DNA of 44,383 nt from Planctomycetota bacterium (GTDB lineage: Bacteria; Planctomycetota; UBA8742; UBA2392): positions 1 through 44,383 of the forward strand of contig JADLBZ010000036.1 of assembly GCA_020847415.1 (NCBI GenBank), given 5' to 3'. The translations under genes and the position numbers were made by a program. A model generated the notes under the pieces. That model had not been told where the DNA came from. It was given only the letters and a program-made list of their open reading frames with translations, and ran no database searches. Shown piece by piece: positions 1 to 10,020 of this stretch (the first letter of the stretch is position 1; each line of letters begins with the position of its first letter).

Positions 1-117
1 CCGGAGGAGGGCACGGGGGCTGCGCACCCGGAGGAGGACACGGGGGCTGTGCGCCAGGAGGAGGACACGGGGGCTGCGCACCCGGAGGAGGGCACGGGGG
101 CTGCGCACCCGGAGGAG
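1..117. repeat. 27-bp tandem repeat, 4 full copies plus a partial copy, open at the window edge
   Basis: Copies at 1-27, 28-54, 55-81 and 82-108 (ccggaggagggcacgggggctgcgcac with a few substitutions), partial copy at 109-117. The period is a multiple of 3 and encodes the PPPGAQPPC repeat on the minus strand. Confidence 0.9.
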
Positions 118-397
118 GCGGGGGAGGAGGAACTGGGGGCTGGCCGCCGGGGCAACTGCCGCCAGCGCCACCACCCGAACCGCCACCAGTGCTGCCGCCG
201 GTACCACCTCCAGTGCTGCCGCCGGTACCACCACCTTGGTGGCCAACGCCCTTGCCCTGGCCGTGCTGCGCGTGGCCCTGGCCCTTGGCCTTCTGATGGC
301 CGGTACCCTTGCCTGAGCTGCCAGGCGCCTGCGCAAACGCCGGGGCTGCGCAGAGGGCCAGGAAGCTCGCGAACAACAGGAACTTCTTCATGTTCAT
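1..397 (-). CDS. Secreted Gly/Pro-rich repeat protein; 3' end runs off the left edge (partial)
   Basis: Not in the ORF track (no stop in window). Reverse-strand ATG at 397 (ATGAACATGAAGAAG) gives MNMKKFLLFASFLALCAAPAFA/QAP, a signal-peptide-like start. It continues through a GHQ/GKG-rich stretch and GGGTGGST x2, then PPPGAQPPC nonapeptide repeats. The frame stays open to base 1. Confidence 0.55.
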   Translation of the reverse strand, partial: MNMKKFLLFASFLALCAAPAFAQAPGSSGKGTGHQKAKGQGHAQHGQGKGVGHQGGGTGGSTGGGTGGSTGGGSGGGAGGSCPGGQPPVPPPPPPPGAQPPCPPPGAQPPCPPPGAQPPCPPPGAQPPCPPP

Positions 398-520
398 ATC
401 CTGAGGGGTTTCAAAAGGGGGCTGCGTGTAGATCACGCGCCCGTGCCCCCTTCTTCACGCAGAATTCTGCAAAAACTCTAAGTTGCCGCCATGGTAAACT
501 GTGCGACTTTGTGCATTCAG

Positions 521-553
521 CAAACAAAACCGGCGCGGGGTCTCCGCGCCGGT
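521..553 (-). terminator. Rho-independent terminator downstream of the 577-1935 gene
   Basis: Perfect 10-bp stem accggcgcgg/ccgcgccggt (529-538 / 544-553) with a 5-nt loop. On the minus strand it is followed by TTTGTTTG (521-528). Confidence 0.7.
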
Positions 554-576
554 CGTCATATCTTCAGGTCATTCAG

Positions 577-1935
577 CTATTTGCGCGTGTGACGCAGGGC
601 GTCGAGGGCATAGGCGGTGCAGAGCACACCGCTGTTCTCTTGCCAGCGGTCGCTCTTGTCGTTCACCCAGCTACCATCCGCCTTCTGCCGGGTTTGCAGC
701 GCCTTTACGATGTCCTCGCGCCAGTTGTGCTGCAGGCCGCGCTCGGCCTCTTCCACCGTATCGTCGCCCCAAGCCTTCAGGCTGCGGGACATGCTCATGT
801 AGTAGTAATACAGCCCCATCTCGAAGTCCTTCTCGTTACGGAAGCCGGGGACCTTCTCGACGGTGTAGTTACGCTGGATCCACCCATAGGCCAGCTTGAC
901 GGGGATGCTGTCCTTCTTCAGGCCGGCGAACATATAGGCCCGCAGCAGGTTGTAGGTCATGCTGCCGTAGCTGAAGAGCGTCACCGTGCCGTCGGCGTTT
1001 TTCTTGTGGTCCTCGACCATGCTGGTTTCTTCGCTGTAGATGGCGCCGCCGTGGTCGGGGCTGTCTTTCTCGGCCATCTTCAGGGGCTTGCGCTGCGTGC
1101 TGCCGTCCTCGCCCTTGACGGTAGCCATGGCTTCAAAGCCCTCTTCCTGCACTTCGCCGGCGTTCTGGTTGCGCTTGAGGAACTTCAGGGCGGCGGCCCA
1201 CATGGGGTCGTCTTCCTTCACGCCGCAGGCCTTGAGGGCGTCAATGGCAAAGGTGCTGGTGCTCATGTTCGAGGGCGGCTTGCCCTTGGCCTTCACGCTC
1301 TCGTCAACTTCTTCCTTGCTGTAGGCCCATCCGCCGTAGCCGACCTGGCCCTCTTTGTAGTCGGGGGCCGGTCCTTCGGCGTTGCCCACCTGGCTCTGCT
1401 TCAGGTAGTCGCGGGCCAGCGCAATGTTGTTGGTCAGCTTGCCCTTGAAAGGGCCGTCGGCGGCATTCAGGTCCACAAACAACTGCGCGCAGATGGCTGT
1501 GATGTACACGGCGCGCATGCCCTTGGCCTTGGGCATGATGGACAGCGGCGCGTAGCTGAACGCCCCCGTGGACTCCTGGTTCTCGACCAGGAAGTTCACG
1601 CTGTCGCGGATCATCTCGTTGTTGACGTCCCAGACCTTGGTGCCGAACAGGCCTTGCAGGACCATGGCGGTGTAGGGGATGTTGAAGCTCTTGGGTCCCC
1701 ACCCGCTCAGGGTGCCCTTCTTGTCGTCCGGCGGCGACGCCTGGTTGTACTTGGACTTCAGGAACTCCCAAGCCTTCTGCACAGCTTCATCGCGGGCCTT
1801 CTCTGTGTCAAAAGCCGGCTTGTCCTGCAGCACCTGCGGCACTACGGGCTGCGGCAGCACGGGCTCGGCCCACGAGTAGCTGGCAGTGAAGCCAAGGGCC
1901 ACAGCGGCGGAAACGGCGACAAAGAAGTTCTTCAT
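577..1935 (-). CDS. Secreted prenyltransferase / squalene-cyclase-like (alpha-alpha toroid) repeat protein
   Basis: 452 aa. Signal peptide MKNFFVAVSAAVALGFTASYSWA. Repeated aromatic/Gly motifs typical of terpenoid cyclase/prenyltransferase repeats (GYGGWAYS, HGGAIYS, DGSWVND...VLCTAYALDAL). AGGAG Shine-Dalgarno 6 nt upstream of the ATG at 1935. Confidence 0.7.
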   Translation of the reverse strand: MKNFFVAVSAAVALGFTASYSWAEPVLPQPVVPQVLQDKPAFDTEKARDEAVQKAWEFLKSKYNQASPPDDKKGTLSGWGPKSFNIPYTAMVLQGLFGTKVWDVNNEMIRDSVNFLVENQESTGAFSYAPLSIMPKAKGMRAVYITAICAQLFVDLNAADGPFKGKLTNNIALARDYLKQSQVGNAEGPAPDYKEGQVGYGGWAYSKEEVDESVKAKGKPPSNMSTSTFAIDALKACGVKEDDPMWAAALKFLKRNQNAGEVQEEGFEAMATVKGEDGSTQRKPLKMAEKDSPDHGGAIYSEETSMVEDHKKNADGTVTLFSYGSMTYNLLRAYMFAGLKKDSIPVKLAYGWIQRNYTVEKVPGFRNEKDFEMGLYYYYMSMSRSLKAWGDDTVEEAERGLQHNWREDIVKALQTRQKADGSWVNDKSDRWQENSGVLCTAYALDALRHTRK

Positions 1936-2003
1936 GGTCTGCTCCTGGGGCTCCCTACAGCCAAGTACGTCCTGCCCGGCGGTCCTGACGCAAATTTCGC
2001 GGA

Positions 2004-3158
2004 TTATCCTGCCAAGGCCCGGGCGATGACAATGCGCTGCACCTCGCTGGTGCCCTCGTAGATCTGGGTGATGCGCGCGTCACGGAAGAAGCGCTCGACG
2101 TCGTATTCCTTACTGTAGCCGTTGCCACCAAAGATCTGCACGGCGTCCTTGGCGGCCTTGTTGCAGGCTTCTGACGCGAACAGCTTGGCCATGGCCGCCT
2201 CCTTGACGCAGGAGATGCCGTTGTCGCGGTTCCAGGCGGCGCGGTGCACCAGCAGTCGCGAGGCGTCAATGCGCGTGGCGTTGTCGGCCAGCATCCACTG
2301 CACAGCCTGGAAGTTGCCGATGGGCTGCCCGAACTGCTCGCGCTTCTTTGAGTACTCGAGGGCCTCTTCCACGCAAGCGCGGCCGATGCCCACGGCCTGG
2401 GCGGCAATGCCGATGCGGCCGCCGTCCAGGGTGTCTAGGGCGATGGTGAAGCCCTTGCCCTCGCCGGCCAGCAGGTTGACAGCGGGCACGCGGCAATCCT
2501 CCAGCAGCACTTCGCAGGTGGCGCTGCCGCGGATGCCCATTTTCTTCTCCTTCTTGCCGATCTTCACGCCCTTGCGGTCGGCCTCGACCAGGAAGGCGGT
2601 GATGCCCTTGGTCTTGTGCTCCTTGCTGGTGCGGGCCATGACCACGAACGCGTCGGCGTATTCCGCGGAGGTAATCCACAACTTGGCGCCGTTGAGCACG
2701 TAGTCGCTGCCGTCCTTGAGGGCTTCGCAGGCCTGGGCGCCGGCATCTGAGCCCGCGCCGGCCTCCGACAGGCAGTAGGCACCCATCCACTCGCCGGCGG
2801 CCATCTTGGGCAAAAAGCGCTGCTTCTGCTCGTCGTTGCCCCACTTGGTGAGCAGGCTGGAGAACAGGCTCATGTGCACGGAGAGCGTGACGCCGGTACT
2901 GGCACAGACGCGGTTGATTTCTTCCAGCACCACGCTGGCGGCCTGGTTGGCCATCTTGTTGTCGTAGAAGCCTGCGCCGCCGAACTTCTCGGGGATGGTC
3001 AGGGCGGTCAGGCCCAGTTCGCCCATGCGCGCAAAGATGCGCCGGTCGAATTTCTCCTCGTGATCCATCTTGCGGGCCACAGGCCGCACCTCGCCCTCGG
3101 CGAATTCGCGGGCGGTTTTCTGAAGCAGGGACAGTTCCTCGTTCAGGGTGAAGTCCAT
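2004..3158 (-). CDS. Acyl-CoA dehydrogenase (short/butyryl-chain-like)
   Basis: The ORF 2004-3443 contains MDFTLNEELSLLQKTAREFAEGEV... from an internal ATG at 3158, with GGAGA 5 nt upstream. Motifs YCLSEAGAGSDAG and GGNGYSKEYDVERFFRDARITQIYEGTSEVQR. The upstream 95 codons are Arg/Cys/Pro-rich junk. Confidence 0.9.
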   Translation of the reverse strand: MDFTLNEELSLLQKTAREFAEGEVRPVARKMDHEEKFDRRIFARMGELGLTALTIPEKFGGAGFYDNKMANQAASVVLEEINRVCASTGVTLSVHMSLFSSLLTKWGNDEQKQRFLPKMAAGEWMGAYCLSEAGAGSDAGAQACEALKDGSDYVLNGAKLWITSAEYADAFVVMARTSKEHKTKGITAFLVEADRKGVKIGKKEKKMGIRGSATCEVLLEDCRVPAVNLLAGEGKGFTIALDTLDGGRIGIAAQAVGIGRACVEEALEYSKKREQFGQPIGNFQAVQWMLADNATRIDASRLLVHRAAWNRDNGISCVKEAAMAKLFASEACNKAAKDAVQIFGGNGYSKEYDVERFFRDARITQIYEGTSEVQRIVIARALAG

Positions 3159-3183
3159 GGCAATCTCCGTGTTTAAGGGGTTT

Positions 3184-5376
3184 CTATCCGTTACGGCGGG
3201 CGGGTTCAACGGCCCGCGACGCCAGGGCCAGGGCAATGGCCAGCACCGCGGCAGCCGCAAGGAACGAGCCCAGCAGCACGCCGCCCCCGGACGCGTCCGG
3301 CCGCAGCAGCGACTTGCCGGCGGTGGCGCGGCGCAGCAAGTACTGGCGCAACTCGCGGGCCGACGGCCCGGCCGGGCCATAGGCCCGTTGCAGGTCGGCA
3401 GCCAACGCCAGTTGCCAGCGCGTCGTGACAGGCTCGTCCGCACCCTCCAGCAAGGCGCCCACCGACCGGCCCTGCAACGAGGCCGCTACCGTGCCCAGCA
3501 GCTCGCGCAGCGGGGCCGGCCGGCCCGCCTCGTGCTCAGCCAGGGCTTCCTCCAGGCGCACGCCCGAGAGGCCGTCGGCCAGCAGCAACTGGCGCTCCAG
3601 CCGTTGCAGCTCGGCGTCGTCCGGCCAGAGGGCCAGCCCAGCCGCCAACAGGTCCCGGGCGCGGTCGCGGGCGACGACGCCGGGCGGCTTGTCGCCCTCC
3701 AGCCCGGCACGGATCGCGGCGGTCAGCGTTTCGCGGTCCTGCAGGGTCCGGCCGGATGCTGCAGCGCTGAAGGCCTCGGCGCGCAAGCGGGCGCGGCCCT
3801 GGGCATCCAGCGTGGAGAGGTCTTGCGGGGCTTGCGCCCACAAGGCCGCCGGCAGCAGCGCCAACAGTGCCGCAGCGGCGCGGGCAGGGGCTCGAATTGC
3901 CTCCGGAGGCAGCAGCGAGCCCACCCAGGCGGCGCCAAAGGCCAGTGCCAGGGTGGCCAGCACAACGGCGTGCGAACGATTGGCCAGCGCCACGCCCAGC
4001 ACACCCGCCAGCAGGGCCGGCCGTACCACCCGGAACGTGAAGAACATGTACAGGCGCTCGACCCACGGCAACCGCGAGCCGAACGCAGCCGAGGCCAGCC
4101 GCAGTCCCGCCCCGCTGCGCCGCGCCAGGGTGATGCGCAGCACGGCAATCAGCGCGGGCAGCACTGTCAGCAGAGGCAGCCAGGGCATCTCCCCCCCCAG
4201 CACCCACTGCAGGCCTACGCCGCCCGCCGCCAGTAAGGCCGCCACGTAGCCGGCCAGGGCAGGCCCGGTCCCCGGGCGCGGCGGCAGGAAGCGCCGCGCC
4301 ACCAGCAGCCCGGCGGCGGCAAAGCTGCAGCCCACCAGCACCAGGAACTGCCAGCCCAGGGCCACTTGTTGCGGCTGGGGACGCCAGGCGGGGTCCCAGC
4401 CGGGGAACAAGTCCTGCCCCAGGGCAGGCACCAGCTCAAGAACCAGCAACTGGGCCGAGGCGTGCTCGGGCCCGGGCACAATGCCCTGCCGGAAGCAGAG
4501 GCCGCACAGCAGCAAGAGGCCGGCAATGCCCCCGAGGGCCAGCAGCAGGCCCACGGCAGCCACCAGGGTGCGAGCCTCCGGCCCCACGGCGGCCCGTTGC
4601 GGCAGGGCGCGGCCGGCAGCTACCAGCACGCCGGTGTGCGCACCCAGGGACAGCAGGGCGGTCGCCACAGCGTCGCCCCAGAAGGCAACAGTCAACGGCG
4701 CTTCCCAGCGCGGCGCCGCCACGGCGGCGGCCAGCGGACCCGCGCCGGGCAGCACGTAGCCCACAAACACCCCCAGCACCAGCAGCAGCGCCACCATCGG
4801 CAGCAGCCAGCGCCCCAGCCAGGTCAGCCCCGCCAGCCGTTGCCGCCGCGCCAGCAACCATAGCAGGCCGGTCAGCAGGGCGGCGCAAGGCAGCCCTGCC
4901 CACAACAGCCACGCGCCCGTGCCGTGCCAGGACGACGATGCCGCAGAGAGCTCCAGTTGCTGGTAGGCCAGGGCGGGCGGGCCATCCAGCAGTGAGCGCG
5001 CCACCCAGGCGCCTGCGCGGGCGGCGGTGTACAGCAGGACGGCAGCCAGCGCGACGCGCACCAGGTTCTGCAGGCCGTGCACGGCCTCGCGGCCCGGAGA
5101 CTGGTGATCAAGCTGGCCGGTGGCGAGTTCCAGGCGCACCAAGGCCCCGCCCAGCACATTCAGCACCAGCAGCAGCGCGGGCAAGAACAGCGCCCCGTGC
5201 TGCAGCAGGGCCTGCGTCACCAGGGCCGGCGCACCCATCAGCGCCAGCACAGCCACGGTGGCGCCCAGAAAGGCGCCCCGCGAGTGCCAGCGGGTGTGCA
5301 GGTACTCGGTGGCCATGGCCGAGATTAGAGCAGTTTCGCCGCCGGCCTGCAGCCCGGGCTGTTGTTGCGCCCACAT
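3184..5376 (-). CDS. Polytopic membrane protein of unknown function with a soluble Ala/Leu/Arg-rich C-terminal region and a final TM helix
   Basis: 730 aa, with many hydrophobic helices over the first ~500 aa. The N-terminus (TRWHSRGAFLGATVAVLA...LVRLELATGQ) weakly resembles the start of sodium:neurotransmitter symporter (SNF) family proteins. The last ~230 aa are helical-repeat-like and end in LLGSFLAAAAVLAIALALA. Start uncertain (ATG 5376 or ATG 5316). Confidence 0.6.
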   Translation of the reverse strand: MWAQQQPGLQAGGETALISAMATEYLHTRWHSRGAFLGATVAVLALMGAPALVTQALLQHGALFLPALLLVLNVLGGALVRLELATGQLDHQSPGREAVHGLQNLVRVALAAVLLYTAARAGAWVARSLLDGPPALAYQQLELSAASSSWHGTGAWLLWAGLPCAALLTGLLWLLARRQRLAGLTWLGRWLLPMVALLLVLGVFVGYVLPGAGPLAAAVAAPRWEAPLTVAFWGDAVATALLSLGAHTGVLVAAGRALPQRAAVGPEARTLVAAVGLLLALGGIAGLLLLCGLCFRQGIVPGPEHASAQLLVLELVPALGQDLFPGWDPAWRPQPQQVALGWQFLVLVGCSFAAAGLLVARRFLPPRPGTGPALAGYVAALLAAGGVGLQWVLGGEMPWLPLLTVLPALIAVLRITLARRSGAGLRLASAAFGSRLPWVERLYMFFTFRVVRPALLAGVLGVALANRSHAVVLATLALAFGAAWVGSLLPPEAIRAPARAAAALLALLPAALWAQAPQDLSTLDAQGRARLRAEAFSAAASGRTLQDRETLTAAIRAGLEGDKPPGVVARDRARDLLAAGLALWPDDAELQRLERQLLLADGLSGVRLEEALAEHEAGRPAPLRELLGTVAASLQGRSVGALLEGADEPVTTRWQLALAADLQRAYGPAGPSARELRQYLLRRATAGKSLLRPDASGGGVLLGSFLAAAAVLAIALALASRAVEPARRNG

Positions 5377-5489
5377 TGAAAGGAGGGGGTGTTCGTTCCG
5401 TTCCGCTGTCGCGTAAGGCCGCGACGGGCGCTCGCGTCACGCGCCCTGCGGGCTTCCGACGCTCGCTGTCGCGGAAAAGACCGCAAGCG

Positions 5490-5507
5490 AGGGGTGGAGC
5501 CACCCCT
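5490..5507 (-). terminator. Hairpin downstream of the histidine kinase gene
   Basis: aggggtgg-agc-cacccct, with a short T run (GGTCTTTTCC) further downstream on the minus strand. Confidence 0.35.
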
Positions 5508-5527
5508 TACTCAATCGTGATGAACCG

Positions 5528-7273
5528 CTATTCGCGTTCGGGGTGGCTGGAGGCCGGCAGGTGGATGCGGAAGGTGCTGCCCTTGCCCACTTCGCTTTCG
5601 GCCTCCACGCGGCCGCCGTGCTTGAGGGCCACGTGTTTGACAATGGCCAGCCCCAGGCCCGTGCCGCCCAACGCGCGCGAACGTGCCTTGTCCACGCGGT
5701 AGAAGCGTTCAAACACCCGGGGCAGTGATTCGGCGGGGATGCCGCAGCCGGTGTCCCTGACCTCCAGCAACAGCCCCAGCCCGCTGCGGGCCACGCGCAC
5801 GTCCACGGCGCCGCCGCCCGGCGTGTAGCTGATGGCGTTGTCCACCAGGTTGTCCAGTGCCGAGATCATGTCCTCTTCGTTGACCAGGCCCGTTGCTGCT
5901 TCGGCCATGGCATGAAGCCGCAGGGCCACCTGCTTTCGGGTGGCGTCGTCCTGGTGCTTCTTGACCACGGCGGCGGCCAGCTCGTTCAGGTCAAGCTGGC
6001 GGCGCGACTCGTCAGAAACGCCGCCTTCCAGGCGCGAGATGTTCAGGATGTCCGCCACCAGCTTCGAGAGCCGGGAGGCGTTGGCCATGATCTTCTCCAG
6101 GAACGGCTGGCGGACGGCCTCGTCGGCGGCGGCGCCGCCCAGCAGGGTTTCCACATAAGCACAGATGCTGGTCAGCGGGGTCTTCAGTTCATGGCTGACA
6201 TTGGCCACGAAGTCCTGGCGCATTTCCAGCAGCTTCTGGTCCTCGGTGGCATCCGAGACCAGGACCACCCCGTGGGGCTCGCCGCTGCCGCTTTCAAACA
6301 GGGGGGTGGCCACGAAGGCCAGCACGCGGCGCTGTGTTGCACGCGACCGGTCCTCCACGCGCAGGCGGCGGGGCTCGTTCAGCGTGGGCAGGTCGTGCAG
6401 CATTTCGTCTATTTCGGGCAGGCGCACGGCCTCCCACAGCGCGCGGCCCACCAGGTTCTCATTGGGGCGGCCCAGCATCTGCAGGGCGGCGCGGTTGGCC
6501 ATGATGACCACGCCGTTGGCGTCCACCACCAGCAGGCCCTCGGACATGTTATCCATGATGGCGGCCAGCTCGCGGCGGTTGGCATCAAGCTGGCCCACGC
6601 GGCTGCGCAGCTCACGGCTCATGGCATTGAAGGCAATGCCCAGCTCGCCCAGCTCGTCGCTGCGGTCCAGGCTGACGTTGGCGTCGAGATCGCCGCCGGC
6701 GATGCGCTCGGCGGCGTCTCGCACCACCTGGATGGGTCGTACCAGGTAGCGCGCCGCCAGCACCGAAAGCGCCAGGCCGGCACCCAGCAGCATGGCCACC
6801 ACGGCAAGCACGCTGTTGCGTATGGAGGAAAGGCGCTGGTCAACCACCCGGGCGTCCACAGCCACGCGCACTACGGGCAAGGCTGCGTCAGCCGGGTCCG
6901 CCAGGGCCACATACAAGTAATCCAGCCCGCGCGTGGCGCTGTGTCGCAGGGCGGCCCCGTGGCCGGTTTGCAGGGCCTGGCGCACCTCAGGGCGCGTGGC
7001 GTGGTTATCCATCTCGGCGGCCAGTGCCTCTGAGTCCGCCAGCACCTTGCCGTCACGGGCAATCAGGGTTACGCGCGTGTTGCCCAGCTGGCCCAGGCGG
7101 CGCACGGCGGCCTCGGGTGCTGCCCCCTCGTCGGCCACCGCGGCGCGCACCAGGCGGGCGCGCACGTCCAGGTCCTGGGTCAGTTCCTGCAGCAGGTCTT
7201 CGCGCAGCTTGAGCTCGACATAGGCCGTGGCTGCACCCAGGAACAGCAGGACAGCCAGGCCGTTGAGGCCCAC
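5528..7273 (-). CDS. phoR: Sensor histidine kinase, PhoR-like (TM, HAMP, PAS, HisKA, HATPase)
   Basis: 581 aa. H-box FVANVSHELKTPLTSI, G-boxes DTGCGIP and GGTGLGLAIVKHV, PAS-like MSEGLLVVDANGVVIMANRAA. Directly downstream of phoU and a PhoB-like regulator. The start is a GTG; a CTG further upstream is possible. Confidence 0.85.
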   Translation of the reverse strand: MGLNGLAVLLFLGAATAYVELKLREDLLQELTQDLDVRARLVRAAVADEGAAPEAAVRRLGQLGNTRVTLIARDGKVLADSEALAAEMDNHATRPEVRQALQTGHGAALRHSATRGLDYLYVALADPADAALPVVRVAVDARVVDQRLSSIRNSVLAVVAMLLGAGLALSVLAARYLVRPIQVVRDAAERIAGGDLDANVSLDRSDELGELGIAFNAMSRELRSRVGQLDANRRELAAIMDNMSEGLLVVDANGVVIMANRAALQMLGRPNENLVGRALWEAVRLPEIDEMLHDLPTLNEPRRLRVEDRSRATQRRVLAFVATPLFESGSGEPHGVVLVSDATEDQKLLEMRQDFVANVSHELKTPLTSICAYVETLLGGAAADEAVRQPFLEKIMANASRLSKLVADILNISRLEGGVSDESRRQLDLNELAAAVVKKHQDDATRKQVALRLHAMAEAATGLVNEEDMISALDNLVDNAISYTPGGGAVDVRVARSGLGLLLEVRDTGCGIPAESLPRVFERFYRVDKARSRALGGTGLGLAIVKHVALKHGGRVEAESEVGKGSTFRIHLPASSHPERE

Positions 7274-7304
7274 CAGGCGCCACAGCAGCGGACTGCGCAG
7301 GATA

Positions 7305-8042
7305 CTAGGGCTCTTCGAAGCGATAACCGACCCCCCGCACCGTCACAATGGCGGCGCCGTGCTCGCCCAGCTTCTTGCGCAGGGCCGCCACGTGCACGTC
7401 AATGTTGCGGGCGGTGACGAACACGTCGGGCCCCACTACGGCGTCCAGCAACTGGTCGCGTGTAAACACGCGGCCCTTGCGCCGCACCAGGAAGCTGAGG
7501 AGTTTGAACTCGCTCAGGGTCAGTTCAAGGGGTTCCCCGGCCAGGCGCACCTCGTGGCGGCGCAGGTCAATGGCAACCGGGCCCGCGCGCAGCATGTCCT
7601 TGTCGGGCTCGCCCTCGCGGGGCTCGGCCCGGCGCAGCACGGCCTTGATGCGCGCCAGCAGCTCGCTGGTGCTGAAGGGCTTCACGACATAGTCATCGGC
7701 CCCCAAAGTCAGGCCCACCACCACGTCGGATTCCGCGCCCCGGGCGGTCAGCATCACAATACGGATGTCACGCGTGCGGGCCTCGGCCCGCAGGCGCTTG
7801 CAGACTTCAAGGCCGTCCATGCCCGGCAGCATCAGGTCCAGCAGCACCAGGTCGGGCAGGGTTTCCGTCGCGGTGGCAAGGCCGGCTTCACCGGTGCCGG
7901 CGCTCTGCACCTGGAAGTGGGCCTTCTCGAGGTTGTACTTCAACACCTCGGTGATGTCGGGTTCGTCCTCGATGATCAGGATGCGCTGGGTCTTTGCCAT
8001 TGGCGGCTTTGTGGTCTCGTGGGTCGCGGTGGCTGCGGGCAT
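7305..8042 (-). CDS. phoB: OmpR/PhoB-family response regulator
   Basis: 245 aa. Receiver domain ILIIEDEPDI...LLDLMLPGMDG...KPF, and a winged-helix output RGVGYRF. The ATG at 8042 overlaps the phoU TGA by 1 nt (TGATG). An alternative ATG lies at 8000. Confidence 0.85.
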   Translation of the reverse strand: MPAATATHETTKPPMAKTQRILIIEDEPDITEVLKYNLEKAHFQVQSAGTGEAGLATATETLPDLVLLDLMLPGMDGLEVCKRLRAEARTRDIRIVMLTARGAESDVVVGLTLGADDYVVKPFSTSELLARIKAVLRRAEPREGEPDKDMLRAGPVAIDLRRHEVRLAGEPLELTLSEFKLLSFLVRRKGRVFTRDQLLDAVVGPDVFVTARNIDVHVAALRKKLGEHGAAIVTVRGVGYRFEEP

Positions 8043-8707
8043 CAGGACGTCCTGTGTCGAACAATATCGCCGGAAAGGATATAAAGCACCTGCTGGGCAA
8101 TGTCCGTGGCGCGGTCTGCCCCGCGCTCCAGGTGCCGCACCAGGTGCATGGTCTGCAGGGCGGTTTCCACCATGTCCGAGTGCTGCTCCATGACCCCGAT
8201 CAGCTTGTTGGTCATGCTGCGGTAGGCCTGGTCCACCTCAGGGTCCATGTCCACCACATGATGGGCTTCCAGCTCGTCCAGGTTCACAAACGCCTGCAGG
8301 GCGCGGTCAAACATCTCGACCACGCGCTTGCCCACGGGCGCCACGTCCAGTTCCACGGGAAGGGGAGGCCGCGTGGCCAGGAAAGCTGCCCGGCGGCTGA
8401 TCTGCACCGCGGTGTCGCCGGTGTTCTCAATCAGGCCGTTGATCTTGATGGCCGAGATCAGGTAGCGCAGGTCCTGTGCCACAGGCTGGTTCAGGGCTAT
8501 GACGCGCAGGCAGTCTTCTTCCACCCGCACTTCGCGGGCATCAAGCTGCCGGTCGGCCTCTGCCACCTCCTGGGCCAGGACCACATCGCGCTTCACATAG
8601 GCATCAAGCGCTTTGCTGAGCTCGGTCAGAGCCAGCTTGCCCACGAACAAGAGGTTCTTCTTAAGTGCTTCCATGTCGCGACGTAGGTGGCTGACTTGGC
8701 TGGGCAT
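8042..8707 (-). CDS. phoU: Phosphate signalling regulator PhoU
   Basis: Two PhoU repeats (...EDCLRVIALNQPVAQDLRYLISAIKINGLIENTGD... and ...MTNKLIGVMEQHSDMVETALQTMHLVRHLERGADRATDIAQQV). I prefer the ATG at 8707 (AGGAG 5 nt upstream) to the ORF-track start at 8755. Confidence 0.85.
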   Translation of the reverse strand: MPSQVSHLRRDMEALKKNLLFVGKLALTELSKALDAYVKRDVVLAQEVAEADRQLDAREVRVEEDCLRVIALNQPVAQDLRYLISAIKINGLIENTGDTAVQISRRAAFLATRPPLPVELDVAPVGKRVVEMFDRALQAFVNLDELEAHHVVDMDPEVDQAYRSMTNKLIGVMEQHSDMVETALQTMHLVRHLERGADRATDIAQQVLYILSGDIVRHRTS

Positions 8708-8884
8708 GAGTGCTCCTGCGGCAGAAACTCTGGCAATGGTGCGTAAAGGCTGCATGAAGAGGCCGGCAACCGGCCATTAAATCGGCGTCCTGCATGGAAC
8801 CCGCAAGTCCAACCGGCATGAAGCGCCAGGTTGCCGGCGAATCGGACTGCCCCGGCGCGCGGCGCTTACTATCATCCTAAAGCC

Positions 8885-9886
<1,002 letters not shown>

Positions 9887-9912
9887 GCCCCTTCTCCAGT
9901 GCCCTTCCGGGA

Positions 9913-9969
9913 ACGCCAATCTCCGGATTGGCGTCGTGTAGCAGGCAACGTGGCGGTCAGGAGACCGCC
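9913..9969. terminator. Two hairpins between the convergent moxR-like gene and paralogue 1
   Basis: acgccaatc-tccg-gattggcgt (9913-9934, 9-bp stem) and ggcggtc-agga-gaccgcc (9952-9969, 7-bp stem). Confidence 0.45.
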
Positions 9970-10020
9970 GTATCCAAAGAGGCCAACGCCACCCCATCGG
10001 CTGGATGCCGCCGCCACAGG

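Noticed and set aside
49-2061. Very long ORFs antisense to the called genes. Examples: 49-2061 +, 10005-12791 +, 15245-17041 -, 21137-22888 -, 22731-24416 -, 24419-26431 -, 33275-35167 -, 35843-37558 -, 39291-41249 +, 41288-43669 +.
   Set aside because: Their translations are Arg/Ala/Gly/Pro/His-rich low-complexity strings with no motifs. The opposite strand carries clear family signatures (uvrC, hppA, kinase, flotillin and others). GC-rich codon third positions deplete stop codons in antisense frames, so such ORFs are expected artefacts.
3159-3443. A 95-codon N-terminal extension of the acyl-CoA dehydrogenase ORF.
   Set aside because: The extension is Arg/Cys/Pro/Trp-rich and overlaps the end of the upstream membrane-protein gene. 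The conserved ACAD N-terminus starts at the ATG at 3158, which has an SD.
5385-5520. A strong plus-strand AAAGGAGGGGG motif at ~5380-5392, followed by a 45-codon GTG ORF.
   Set aside because: The translation is Arg/Cys-rich and non-protein-like. The spacing from the SD-like motif to the GTG is too short. The motif lies in the gap between two minus-strand genes and is better explained as chance.
8704-8838. Four GCATGR hexamers (8704, 8752, 8792, 8816) and a 10-bp inverted repeat gccggcaacc / ggttgccggc (8762-8771 / 8829-8838) in the phoU-moxR divergent region, considered as possible Pho boxes or an operator.
   Set aside because: The hexamers do not match the CTGTCAT-type Pho box and their spacing (48, 40, 24 bp) is not helically phased. 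Two of them overlap candidate phoU start codons. I cannot separate the inverted repeat from chance without comparative data.
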